A stretch of DNA of 49,446 nt from an uncultured Methanosarcinales archaeon (GTDB lineage Archaea > Nanobdellota > Nanobdellia > Woesearchaeales > DATGWN01), in NCBI GenBank assembly GCA_964624275.1, contig CAZUXP010000005.1, forward strand, positions 1 to 49,446, read 5' to 3'. The position numbers and the translations under genes are program-made. The notes under the pieces were generated by a model. The model ran no database searches. It was not told the origin of the DNA and was given only the letters and a program-made list of their open reading frames with translations. This document shows positions 28,199 to 37,369 of the stretch, piece after piece. How positions within the stretch are numbered: the first letter of the stretch is position 1; each line of letters starts with the position of its first letter.

Positions 28199-29481
28199 TT
28201 TTCTCCCTCTGTAAATTCATCAAGCATTTCATTGTAATACGATTTAAAATTAATTTTTTTGTTTTGAAGTCTTGAAGTTTCTGCTGCAAATGCCAAAATA
28301 TGACTTTCAAGCGATTTATCAATACTTGTTTTATTTAATGAAGATTCGTTTTGAATCATTTGAATAAAATCATGAATTAAGTGAGCATCTCCACCACCAT
28401 GTGAATCAATATTTTGCGGCAGTTCAATTTCTTGCTTTCCATTATAATTTTCTAAAATAAGTGTACTATTAATAACATCACCATAGATTCGACCTTTTGA
28501 ACCGATAATAAAAATAGTTCGATTAGACTCTTTTTTTCGAGCAGTCATTGTAAAATGAACAATAACGCCATTTGTATAGACGATTTTCGTTGTTTGAAAA
28601 TCAGGAACATCATTTTTTGCGCGATATACACAAGTACCGTAAGGTCCTGTTTTAAGTTTTTTGAGAATTGTTTTTTCATCCATGTCTATTGAAACTGCGC
28701 GCTTCATAAATTCGGGTGTATGTGGATTTGAATACACGTGTTCTGCTGCAAATTTACATGTATCTATAAATTTACATCCTTGGTGACATTTTTTTGGAAC
28801 ATCTTCGTATGGCGCATTTATTTTTTGAAAGAATAATGAATCTGTATGTGATTGTAAATATTTTGGTTTGGCATTAACTAACCAGGTAAAAATATCAAAA
28901 TCGTGGCATGTTTTTGTGAGCGAAATAGGTCCAGATGTTTTTTTTAACGCCCAATTTCCTCGAACATAACTATGTGCAAAATGTTGTTCACCAATACTTT
29001 CTTCGTGTTCAATTGTTCGAATATCGCCAATTTCGTTTGAATCGATGAGTTCTTTGATTTTACTAAATAAAATGGAGTATCGTAATACGTGACAAATCAT
29101 AACTTTTGCATTATATTTTTTTGTTTCTTGAAGTATTTTAATACATGAGCGTTTTGTTGTTGCCATTGGTTTTTCAAGAAGGAGCGTAAATGAATTTCGA
29201 ATAAGTGGTAAAGATGTTTTTAGATGCATTTTATCGCCGCTTGCATTTATTACTGCGCGTGATTCTAATCGTTGTTTTGCGTGAAGCATTCGTTTTACAG
29301 ATTTAAACTGATTTTTTTTAGGGATTTGATGAATTTGACCAAATAATTCTCTTTTTTCATCATCAGGATCAACAATTGCTTCGAATTGTGCTTCATGAGG
29401 ATGCTCTAAAATGTATTTTCCAAATATACCAAAACCTCTTTGGCCTGCACCGACTTGTATTAATTTAACTGGATTTTTCAT
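28195..29481 (-). CDS. Gfo/Idh/MocA family NAD(P)-dependent oxidoreductase
   Basis: VGAGQRG Rossmann motif, LLEKPMA, CHVLRY, HSYVRGNW, TCHDFD, HGGGD; start may be 29481 or 29493. Confidence 0.92.
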   Translation of the reverse strand: MKNPVKLIQVGAGQRGFGIFGKYILEHPHEAQFEAIVDPDDEKRELFGQIHQIPKKNQFKSVKRMLHAKQRLESRAVINASGDKMHLKTSLPLIRNSFTLLLEKPMATTKRSCIKILQETKKYNAKVMICHVLRYSILFSKIKELIDSNEIGDIRTIEHEESIGEQHFAHSYVRGNWALKKTSGPISLTKTCHDFDIFTWLVNAKPKYLQSHTDSLFFQKINAPYEDVPKKCHQGCKFIDTCKFAAEHVYSNPHTPEFMKRAVSIDMDEKTILKKLKTGPYGTCVYRAKNDVPDFQTTKIVYTNGVIVHFTMTARKKESNRTIFIIGSKGRIYGDVINSTLILENYNGKQEIELPQNIDSHGGGDAHLIHDFIQMIQNESSLNKTSIDKSLESHILAFAAETSRLQNKKINFKSYYNEMLDEFTEGEK

Positions 29482-29545
29482 ATTTACATACAATTTCTTA
29501 TAATAAATTTTAAAAAAAGAGCTTTATATAGTTTGTGTACAAAAT

Positions 29546-29691
29546 GGCTCTGTCCCAAGTCTCAACACTAAATGAAAAGCACGGTTGAGCTCACTTGCGC
29601 AATTACCATCCAGACGCTGCATTAATCGCGTCATATTGATATCTCACGCCAAGGTGCTTTTCATTCCAAAAAAGACTCTTGGAACAGAGCC
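29546..29691. mobile_element. MITE, 146 bp, 14-bp terminal inverted repeats and 9-bp target site duplication
   Basis: TIRs GGCTCTGTCCCAAG / CTTGGAACAGAGCC (13/14). Exact direct repeat GTACAAAAT at 29537-29545 and 29692-29700. No ORF. Confidence 0.85.
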
Positions 29692-29722
29692 GTACAAAAT
29701 TTAAAAAGAAAAATAAAAAGAG

Positions 29723-30010
29723 CTAACCCATAGCCAAATCCACTTTTTCAATAACAGTTTCTGTAATACCATCGCACTCAGTAGTGATTTTTTCTGCCAT
29801 TTCTTCGTATTCAAGTCCATCATCTGTTGTTGAAAACATCGCGTATACAAAAAGATGTTTGATTCCAAATGCGATTGGAACAATTTTTGTTTGTAAATCA
29901 CCTTTTGCGCCAAAACTCTGCAAGATTTCAATTGCTTTTGGTGCTACTGTATCCATGTCAACTTCTGGAGATTCCGGCATTATCTTAAATGTTACAACTG
30001 CGTTTGCCAT
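29723..30010 (-). CDS. ef1b: Translation elongation factor aEF-1beta
   Basis: FKIMPESPEVD, VPIAFGIK. Confidence 0.93.
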   Translation of the reverse strand: MANAVVTFKIMPESPEVDMDTVAPKAIEILQSFGAKGDLQTKIVPIAFGIKHLFVYAMFSTTDDGLEYEEMAEKITTECDGITETVIEKVDLAMG

Positions 30011-30012
30011 CG

Positions 30013-30177
30013 TTAATTAGGACCTCGAAACCCACAAGCTGGGCAAGTGTATGGTGCGACGATTTCACGTGCATTTTTACTTCGTACAATAACGCCTTTA
30101 AGGCAGTTTGGACATTTAAATGTAACAGCTCCTGTATCATTTGTAATTTCTCTATTTGATGCTAAACATTGTGCCAT
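30013..30177 (-). CDS. DUF1610/HVO_2753-like zinc-ribbon protein (54 aa, absent from the ORF track)
   Basis: Hand translation MAQCLASNREITNDTGAVTFKCPNCLKGVIVRSKNAREIVAPYTCPACGFRGPN; conserved position upstream of ef1b. Confidence 0.88.
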   Translation of the reverse strand: MAQCLASNREITNDTGAVTFKCPNCLKGVIVRSKNAREIVAPYTCPACGFRGPN

Positions 30178-30236
30178 AATATATCACAATTGTATGAATT
30201 TTGATTTTATTTATAAAGTTATCTTTTATCGTTTGG

Positions 30237-30463
30237 AATCTGACAAACTCCACTTGGAAAAGCTTACCAAAATTTGCCTGCAGTTTTCAGATTAAAATCC
30301 TTAAGTTTGAAATTATTTCAAACAATCGTCAAATTTTGTGATATGATTTCAATGTTAAATTCAAAGAATTTAACAAGAATTTGAAAATATTTTATTTTCA
30401 ATTCAAGGCAATACACTTCTTTAAGCTATAATTCATATTGTTGTGAGGTTTCTATAGAGCCTT
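30237..30463. repeat. Cluster of five inverted repeats in an intergenic region
   Basis: Perfect stems at 30305-30323, 30353-30375 and 30381-30401; imperfect ones at 30237-30293 and 30445-30463. Confidence 0.6.
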
Positions 30464-30476
30464 ATGATTTGAAACT

Positions 30477-31037
30477 TTAAAAAGGTAAATTCTGTGAAGA
30501 TTTGACAAATTCTTCTAATTTTGAGCCAATGATTACTGCATTAGCACCTTTTTTAACATCGTGAATTGATGTAATATTGCTTGCTTGACAAATCCAACCG
30601 TTTCGAACTTTTCTTGCTTCTTCAAAAGTTTCTTTTTTTAATTTTCCCGTTGATAAATCGCGAGAATTCCAAACAACTTTGAAATCTTTTGGGATTGCAG
30701 TTAATTCACGTAATGTAAGTGGTTCGATGAGGCATTTGTCTTGTGCAATTTGAGGTATTCTTCCAACAACTAATACATAATCAGCACCATTTTGTAATGC
30801 TTTAATAATATCTTCATCATCAGAATGAATTCCTTTTGCAAGAATAGGCTTCGTAGTCAATTTTCTTGCTTTTTTAATTAAATCAAACGAACCGCCCCAT
30901 CTTGCATCCGTATGTATTGAAATAATATCACCAGCTTTTTTTGCGATTTGAAATAATTCGTCCCATTTTTTTTCTGATTTAAAACCAAAAGGTGATTGAG
31001 TTTTTACTTCTGCGATAATTTGTACATTATTAATCAT
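30477..31037 (-). CDS. Truncated indole-3-glycerol-phosphate synthase (TrpC)-like TIM barrel
   Basis: IIAEVKTQSP, ISIHTDARWGGS, PILAK, GADYVL, WNSRDL, GANAVIIGS. Start re-assigned to ATG 31037. Confidence 0.75.
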   Translation of the reverse strand: MINNVQIIAEVKTQSPFGFKSEKKWDELFQIAKKAGDIISIHTDARWGGSFDLIKKARKLTTKPILAKGIHSDDEDIIKALQNGADYVLVVGRIPQIAQDKCLIEPLTLRELTAIPKDFKVVWNSRDLSTGKLKKETFEEARKVRNGWICQASNITSIHDVKKGANAVIIGSKLEEFVKSSQNLPF

Positions 31038-31115
31038 TAATGAGCAAGAATAGTTTATATTTATTAATATAGTGCCATTTTTTGACTTTTGTGTGTCAAA
31101 AATTGTACCAGAACT

Positions 31116-31222
31116 TTTATAAATGCCCCCGAATTTCTCAAGATACTTTATTGAAATGTGGGATATACGGCAACCCAAAAAGTACGGCCGTACCTGAATC
31201 AGTAAATGGATAGTGATGAAAT
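31116..31222 (+). promoter_or_regulatory. TATA box and structured 5' leader of rpl15e
   Basis: TTTATAAA 31116-31123; TACGGC/GCCGTA pairing; CTGA (31194-31197) and GTGATGA (31213-31219) in K-turn geometry. Confidence 0.6.
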
Positions 31223-31795
31223 ATGGGTTTATACAAATATGTAAAAGAATTATGGAAAAATCCAAAAAAAAATTTTGGAGAATTATATCAACAAAAAATC
31301 GTACAATGGCGAAAAGAACCATCAACATTGCGTTTAGAACATCCTACTCGGCTAGATAAAGCACGAGAATTAGGATTTAAAGCAAAACAAGGTTTTTTTG
31401 TGGTCCGTCAACGAGTTTCTCGTGGTGGAAGTTTAAACAAAAAACATGCTGGTGGACGTCGTTCAAAAAATTTTTCTCGAAGTATGAGTTTACAATTAAA
31501 CGGTCAAGCTATAGCTGAACGTCGCGCAAATGTGAAATATAAAAACTGCGAAGTATTAAATTCATATTGGGTTGGCGAAGATGGTGAACATAAATGGTTT
31601 GAAATCATTATGGTTGATCGAACACATCCAAATGTCTACAAAAATCCCCAATTAAACTGGATTAGTTTATCAAGAGGACGAACATTTCGTGGGAAAACGA
31701 GTACTAATCGTAAATCACGTGGTCTGAGACAAAAAGGTAAAGGTACAGAAAAAGTTAGACCTTCTCTACGGGCAAATTCAGGTCGACTTCATTAA
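31223..31795 (+). CDS. rpl15e: 50S ribosomal protein L15e
   Basis: MGLYKYV, PTRLDKARELGFKAKQG, VLNSYWVGEDG, GKGTEKVRPS. Confidence 0.97.
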   Translation: MGLYKYVKELWKNPKKNFGELYQQKIVQWRKEPSTLRLEHPTRLDKARELGFKAKQGFFVVRQRVSRGGSLNKKHAGGRRSKNFSRSMSLQLNGQAIAERRANVKYKNCEVLNSYWVGEDGEHKWFEIIMVDRTHPNVYKNPQLNWISLSRGRTFRGKTSTNRKSRGLRQKGKGTEKVRPSLRANSGRLH

Positions 31796-31807
31796 AAGTG
31801 ATGTATT

Positions 31808-32599
31808 ATGGCTTGGTATAAACGATTTGGGTACCGATTGAATCCGTTTGAAAGAGATCCTTTTAAAACTGAATATACGCTTATAAACAGCATACACATC
31901 TTAGAAGATCTTCTTTATTTAGTTAAGACGGGTTCTTTATCAGTAATTCAAGGACGAGAAGGATGCGGAAAAACGACAGTTTTACGACAAGTTATTGATA
32001 ATTTCAAAGGTCAAGGACGAGTAATCTATGTTGATGCGTTAAAAATAGGTAATTCGCTTGATATTGAGGATTTACTGAAAAAAAAAAGTTCATCATTATT
32101 TTCACTCCTTTCGCCAAAAAAATCAAAAAACATGATTCTGTTGCTTGATAATGTTGAGTATTTATCTCAATCTAATTGTGAAAAAATCAAATATTATTAT
32201 GATCAAAATTATATTCAATCAGTTGTTTTTGCAACAAGTAATTACGCTGATTTGAAAATTTCGTTGAGTTTACGAGATAGAATATTAACTAATGTATTTG
32301 ATATTCCGCAAGTGAATAAGTTTGATGCGCTTCGAATCATACGTGATCGATTTGGGGATGCATTGTTTTTAGGAGATGAGGCGATAATGCGCATATTTAC
32401 ATTATCCGATTCAAATTTAAAATTTACACTACGTAATTGTGAAAAAATATGCCGATTCGTTGTCCAAGAGGGTCGTGGAGAAGTTTTATTAAAATATGTT
32501 CATATGATTTTAAAACGAAAAAAGGTTTTTATTTCTGATTCAAAAAACCAACATGTATCTCTCCAAAACTCGCAAGAAACAGGTGTAACAACATTATGA
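31808..32599 (+). CDS. AAA+ ATPase (ExeA/AAA_22-like)
   Basis: WYKRFG...NPF N-terminus, GREGCGKT, LLLDNVE. Confidence 0.78.
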   Translation: MAWYKRFGYRLNPFERDPFKTEYTLINSIHILEDLLYLVKTGSLSVIQGREGCGKTTVLRQVIDNFKGQGRVIYVDALKIGNSLDIEDLLKKKSSSLFSLLSPKKSKNMILLLDNVEYLSQSNCEKIKYYYDQNYIQSVVFATSNYADLKISLSLRDRILTNVFDIPQVNKFDALRIIRDRFGDALFLGDEAIMRIFTLSDSNLKFTLRNCEKICRFVVQEGRGEVLLKYVHMILKRKKVFISDSKNQHVSLQNSQETGVTTL

Positions 32600-33333
32600 A
32601 AAAAAATAAAATTGAGCCCGCAACAGTCTGGTATGAATCGCTGGGATTAGACAAAAATCCATTTAGTATTAAACCAGGCGAAAATAAATCCATTATTGGT
32701 TTAGATTTTGTTGTTTCGCAAGTTATCGATCAAGTAGAAAATAACAAAATGTGCATAGTCGAAGGAAATTATGGTGCGGGTAAAACTACTTTTTTAAAAC
32801 AATTAATTAACTATTTTGGAGGCCAAAAAAAAGTAATTTATTTTTCTTGTAATCGATTAAATAAAGAGCTCAACGTAGATAAGTTGTTATATGAACGATT
32901 TGGTGTCTTTACAAAAGTTCTTCGGATTAAATCAAAACAAATGATTTTATTGCTTGATGAAGCGCAGTTTTTAACACAAAAAGATACAACACTTCTTCAT
33001 AAATATTACAAGGCAGGTTATTTTCGTTCAATAGTTTTTGTAACACATGATTCATTATTAATTCCATTTTCAAAATCGGTTGCAAAACAAATGGAAAAGA
33101 AAAAATATACGTTTGGAAAGTTAGATTCTTCACAAATATTTGAAATTATTTCTGAGAGGATTCAACATCCTTTTTTAACTCAAGAGACTGTTTCAACAAT
33201 TTATAGTCGTGATACACGTATGCGGCAATTCTTAAAAAATTGTGACATTTTTATGCGTCACATGTGTTCTACAAATAGAAAGACTGCAAAATCAAAAGAT
33301 GTGGTGAAAATTCTTCAAAATCATTTTGTATAA
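32596..33333 (+). CDS. AAA+ ATPase (ExeA/AAA_22-like), tandem paralog
   Basis: WYESLG...NPF, GNYGAGKT, LLLDEAQ; ATGA coupling. Confidence 0.8.
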   Translation: MKKNKIEPATVWYESLGLDKNPFSIKPGENKSIIGLDFVVSQVIDQVENNKMCIVEGNYGAGKTTFLKQLINYFGGQKKVIYFSCNRLNKELNVDKLLYERFGVFTKVLRIKSKQMILLLDEAQFLTQKDTTLLHKYYKAGYFRSIVFVTHDSLLIPFSKSVAKQMEKKKYTFGKLDSSQIFEIISERIQHPFLTQETVSTIYSRDTRMRQFLKNCDIFMRHMCSTNRKTAKSKDVVKILQNHFV

Positions 33334-33438
33334 TAGGAACAACTCATAATTTTTAATTATATATCAGTTTTTAATAAATTATACTGACCCAAAAGCTTTA
33401 TTAATTCAATTGTATTTTCTATTTTTGGTGTAAGAAAG

Positions 33439-36099
33439 ATGGCAACAAACGAACTAAAATTAAAAGTAGCTGAAGCAATCCAAGATGATGTAAATAAAGG
33501 TATTGTACGTCTAGATTCAAATATAATTCATCAATTAGGAGTTCGTCCAGGTGAATTTATTGAAATTGAAGGTCAGCGAATAACAGTTTCTGTTGTTGAT
33601 AGAGCCTATCCTGGCGATATTGGTTTGAATATTATCCGAATGGATGGGATTACGCGAAGAAATTCAAAATCAGGAATTGGTGAAGTTGTCACAATTCGAA
33701 AAGCTGATGTAGTAGAAGCAGTAAAAGTAAGTATAGCACCATCTCAAAAAGGTTTAGTTATTCGAGCACCACCTACTATTTTTAAACAAGGTCTTTTAGG
33801 TAAAGCGGTTTTAAAAGGTGATATTATAACTTTAGGTGGAACGAAACGTCGAAAAACAACAATGGGTTCAAATCCATTTTTTAATGATATTTTTAACATG
33901 ATGGATGATTCATTAGGCGGAGGTTTTGGCCTTTCAGATTTAAAATTTGTCGTTGTTGATTCATCTCCTGCAAAAAAGACAGTTGTCATCGGTCCAAATA
34001 CTGAGATTCAATATAATCCTGAAGCAGTTGAGATTGAAGAAGATCAAGTTTTAGAAGTATCGTATGAGGATGTTGGTGGATTACAGGATGAAGTGAAAAA
34101 AATTCGTGAGTTAGTTGAATTACCGCTTAAACACCCTGAAATTTTTGAACAATTAGGTATCGAACCGCCAAAAGGAGTGTTATTACATGGTCCACCAGGT
34201 ACGGGAAAAACATTACTTGCAAAAGCTGTTGCAAATGAAACAAATTCAAATTTTATTTTAATAAATGGACCTGAAATTATGTCTAAATTTTATGGAGAAA
34301 GTGAAGCTAATTTACGGAAAAAATTTGAAGACGCTGAAAAGAACGCACCAAGTATTATTTTTATTGATGAGATTGATGCAATCGCAACTTCTCGTGAAGA
34401 AGCAAAAGGTGAAGTTGAACGGCGTGTTGTTGCACAATTACTTACTATTATGGATGGGTTAAAAAGTCGGGGGAAAGTTGTTGTGATTGCAGCAACAAAT
34501 TTACCGAATGTTATTGATCCAGCACTTCGTCGACCAGGAAGATTTGACAGGGAACTTGAGATAAATCCTCCAAAAAAAGAAGGAAGATTGAATATTTTAA
34601 AAATTCACACACGAGGTATGCCTATCGATACAACATTGGGTAGTATTGGCATTCCTATTTCAAAAAAAATTGTTGCACAGCAAGTATTTGATCATATTGA
34701 ACATATTGATTTACAAAATGTTGCAAAAATAATTTTAGATTCACAAACAAGACAAGTGCAAACAAAAGATGACAAGGTTGTTGTTATTCGAAAAGTTGCT
34801 GATATTGTAAAAAAGAGTTTTGAATCAATTTCAGTTCCGGATAACTTAAAATCAAGTCTTGCGCAAGTTATTTCGTCTGATTTTTATTATGCAAGTTCTT
34901 CTCAAAAAAATGTTTCTGAAATTGTGCAAACTTTGGTTTCATTATTAAAAGAAATGAAAACTGAAAAGAAGATTCAAGAAATAATTGATGACACAGTTAA
35001 AGAATTAATTTTGGATGATATTGCTGAAAATACTCATGGTTTTGTTGGAGCAGATTTAGCCGCACTTTCAAAGGAAGCGGCAATGGTTGTACTTCGAAAA
35101 GTTTTACCTGAAATTAGTTTGGATAAAGATGATGAGATTCCAACTGAAGTTTTAGAAAAATTAAAACTCACAAAAGATGATTTTATTGAAGCATTAAAAG
35201 TTGTTCGACCAAGTGCGCTTCGTGAAGTATTAATTGAAGTTCCATCAGTAACATGGGATGATGTTGGTGGTTTGGTTGACTTAAAACAAAATCTCAAAGA
35301 AGCTGTTGAGTGGCCGCTCAATAATCCAGAAAGATTTTCGCGTTTAGGAATTAAACCACCAAAAGGTATATTATTATATGGACCACCAGGTACTGGTAAA
35401 ACTCTATTAGCAAAAGCAGTTGCAAATGAAAGTAAAGCAAATTTTATATTAGTAAATGGACCTGAACTTTTATCAAAATGGGTTGGAGACAGTGAAAAGG
35501 CAGTTCGAAAAGTTTTTAAAAAAGCCCGTCAAACTTCACCAACAATCATATTTTTTGATGAAATTGATTCAATAGCTCCAAGACGTGGCAGTCATGACTC
35601 AAATGACTCAAACGTAACAGAACGTGTTGTAAATCAGCTATTAACTGAGTTAGATGGTTTAGAAGCTTTGGCAAATGTTGTTATAATGGGTGCAACAAAT
35701 AGGCCTGATTTATTAGACACCGCACTTCTTCGACCTGGTCGGTTTGATCGAATAATTCTTGCTCCTGTTCCAGATGTTGAAACAAGAAAACATATTTTAT
35801 CAATACATACAAAATCAATGCCACTTGCCAAAGATGTTGATCTTAAATCAATTGCAGATAAAACACAAGGTTTTGTTGGGGCTGATTTAGAAGCATTATC
35901 GCGTGAAGCTGCAATAATGGCTTTACGTGAGAATGAAACAATAACTGAAGTTTCAATGAAATATTTTCAAAAAGCATTAGATATTGTTAAACCATCGGTT
36001 AGTGCTGATATAGAAAAAATGTATGCTGATTTACAAGATAAGTTTCGAATGGCTCGTGGAAAAGAAATGCAAGAAAAATCAGTGAGTTATTTTGGATAG
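33439..36099 (+). CDS. cdc48: CDC48/VAT AAA+ ATPase
   Basis: N-domain, two GPPGTGKT Walker A motifs, IFIDEID/IFFDEID, RPGRFD in both rings. Confidence 0.96.
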   Translation: MATNELKLKVAEAIQDDVNKGIVRLDSNIIHQLGVRPGEFIEIEGQRITVSVVDRAYPGDIGLNIIRMDGITRRNSKSGIGEVVTIRKADVVEAVKVSIAPSQKGLVIRAPPTIFKQGLLGKAVLKGDIITLGGTKRRKTTMGSNPFFNDIFNMMDDSLGGGFGLSDLKFVVVDSSPAKKTVVIGPNTEIQYNPEAVEIEEDQVLEVSYEDVGGLQDEVKKIRELVELPLKHPEIFEQLGIEPPKGVLLHGPPGTGKTLLAKAVANETNSNFILINGPEIMSKFYGESEANLRKKFEDAEKNAPSIIFIDEIDAIATSREEAKGEVERRVVAQLLTIMDGLKSRGKVVVIAATNLPNVIDPALRRPGRFDRELEINPPKKEGRLNILKIHTRGMPIDTTLGSIGIPISKKIVAQQVFDHIEHIDLQNVAKIILDSQTRQVQTKDDKVVVIRKVADIVKKSFESISVPDNLKSSLAQVISSDFYYASSSQKNVSEIVQTLVSLLKEMKTEKKIQEIIDDTVKELILDDIAENTHGFVGADLAALSKEAAMVVLRKVLPEISLDKDDEIPTEVLEKLKLTKDDFIEALKVVRPSALREVLIEVPSVTWDDVGGLVDLKQNLKEAVEWPLNNPERFSRLGIKPPKGILLYGPPGTGKTLLAKAVANESKANFILVNGPELLSKWVGDSEKAVRKVFKKARQTSPTIIFFDEIDSIAPRRGSHDSNDSNVTERVVNQLLTELDGLEALANVVIMGATNRPDLLDTALLRPGRFDRIILAPVPDVETRKHILSIHTKSMPLAKDVDLKSIADKTQGFVGADLEALSREAAIMALRENETITEVSMKYFQKALDIVKPSVSADIEKMYADLQDKFRMARGKEMQEKSVSYFG

Positions 36100-36111
36100 T
36101 TTCTTTATTTT

Positions 36112-36435
36112 TTATTCTTTTGTTTTTTCTAAAATTAAATAGTCGCTTTTAGCAATTAATCGAAATTTTGTTTGTAATTTTCCAGTATAATTATGAAGCG
36201 CTATTCTATTTTGTTTATCAGGTTTGACTTCAAACCAATCTTGTGGATTATCTTTTATTATTTGTTTTGAGTCAGTTATGGTATATAATTCACCTCGATG
36301 TTTTGAATAATACCAAATATCAACTCCACCTGTTTCTTTTCTTCGTAATGCACAATCTCGTATTTTTGAAGGCATTGTGATTCGCTTTTTAGTGTCTATT
36401 GTTAATTCGTATACACCTGTAAATATATTCGTCAT
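36112..36435 (-). CDS. Short MraZ-like (AbrB/SpoVT-fold) DNA-binding protein
   Basis: FTGVYELTIDTKKRITMPSKIR and EVKPDKQNRIAL resemble the two DxxxR repeats of MraZ. Confidence 0.6.
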   Translation of the reverse strand: MTNIFTGVYELTIDTKKRITMPSKIRDCALRRKETGGVDIWYYSKHRGELYTITDSKQIIKDNPQDWFEVKPDKQNRIALHNYTGKLQTKFRLIAKSDYLILEKTKE

Positions 36436-36538
36436 ATAATCTAGTATAAATGAATATCTATATGAATGTTGTGGTTTTTATTCTTTATCATTACAAAATA
36501 GTAAAATATAAATAGGGAGGGGGTTATAATCGTTTATA

Positions 36539-37369
36539 ATGATGACATTAGATTTAATATTAGCAGATAAAAAAGAATTCCCCTTCATCAATTCAGCATT
36601 TCAAGTCATAAGATTAACACAAAGACCTCTCTGTTTTCAAGCAAAATCCAAAGGGATGATATTGCAAAAATATTTAACGGAACCTGAGTTTGCACAATCA
36701 TTTATTGGTTTTGATGCTGGTAAGATGGTACGTCATATGATAAAAAATATTCTTGATGTATTAGAGTTGCGAAACTATGAATTACATGGATTAACTCGAA
36801 GTAATGAGGGTCAATTTAAATCAGATGATATTTATGAATTGCAGATTTCTTTGGATCAAGTTGCAAATTCTCGAGATACATACCTTGTAAGTGCAAATGT
36901 TGTTAATACAGATTCAAATGGGCTCATGTTATTTCAAGGTTATTTGCTTAAATCGTTTAAACCGACGTTTAGTGTTCATTCAAAACAGGGAGATTCATAC
37001 AGTATGAATCGTAATTCATTATTTGCAGAGTTTAATCATGAGATAATGGATTGTTCTTCGAGAATAAATTCCTTGTCAAAAATTCAATCTGAAGCGTATG
37101 TTGAGAAAATAATACGAGAAATTTTAGAACATCAAGGAATGCAGGGTGGTTTTTTTGATTGTGAAACATATGATTTTGAGTGTGATCAAATTATGCCTCT
37201 AGATATGTGTAGTATTCAATCAAGCATTCAAACAAGAAAAGTACAACAAGAAGAAGAAAAAGCAATATTCCAGTACCATATAGTTATTCGTTCTCAATCA
37301 AATACTGGTAAGAAATTTTTACCGATTTTTACGAATGGTTTTGTGAAATATAATCAATATTTTGATTGA
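36539..37369 (+). CDS. Hypothetical protein
   Basis: 276-aa ORF with TATA-like ATATAAAT and GGAGG upstream; no confident motif. Confidence 0.7.
   Translation: MMTLDLILADKKEFPFINSAFQVIRLTQRPLCFQAKSKGMILQKYLTEPEFAQSFIGFDAGKMVRHMIKNILDVLELRNYELHGLTRSNEGQFKSDDIYELQISLDQVANSRDTYLVSANVVNTDSNGLMLFQGYLLKSFKPTFSVHSKQGDSYSMNRNSLFAEFNHEIMDCSSRINSLSKIQSEAYVEKIIREILEHQGMQGGFFDCETYDFECDQIMPLDMCSIQSSIQTRKVQQEEEKAIFQYHIVIRSQSNTGKKFLPIFTNGFVKYNQYFD

Noticed and set aside
31038-31328. N-terminal extension of the TrpC-like ORF
   Set aside because: It overlaps rpl15e and its promoter on the opposite strand; homology starts at ATG 31037.
34624-35010. Possible intein in CDC48
   Set aside because: No N-terminal Cys/Ser block, no His-Asn followed by Cys/Ser/Thr, and no LAGLIDADG motif.
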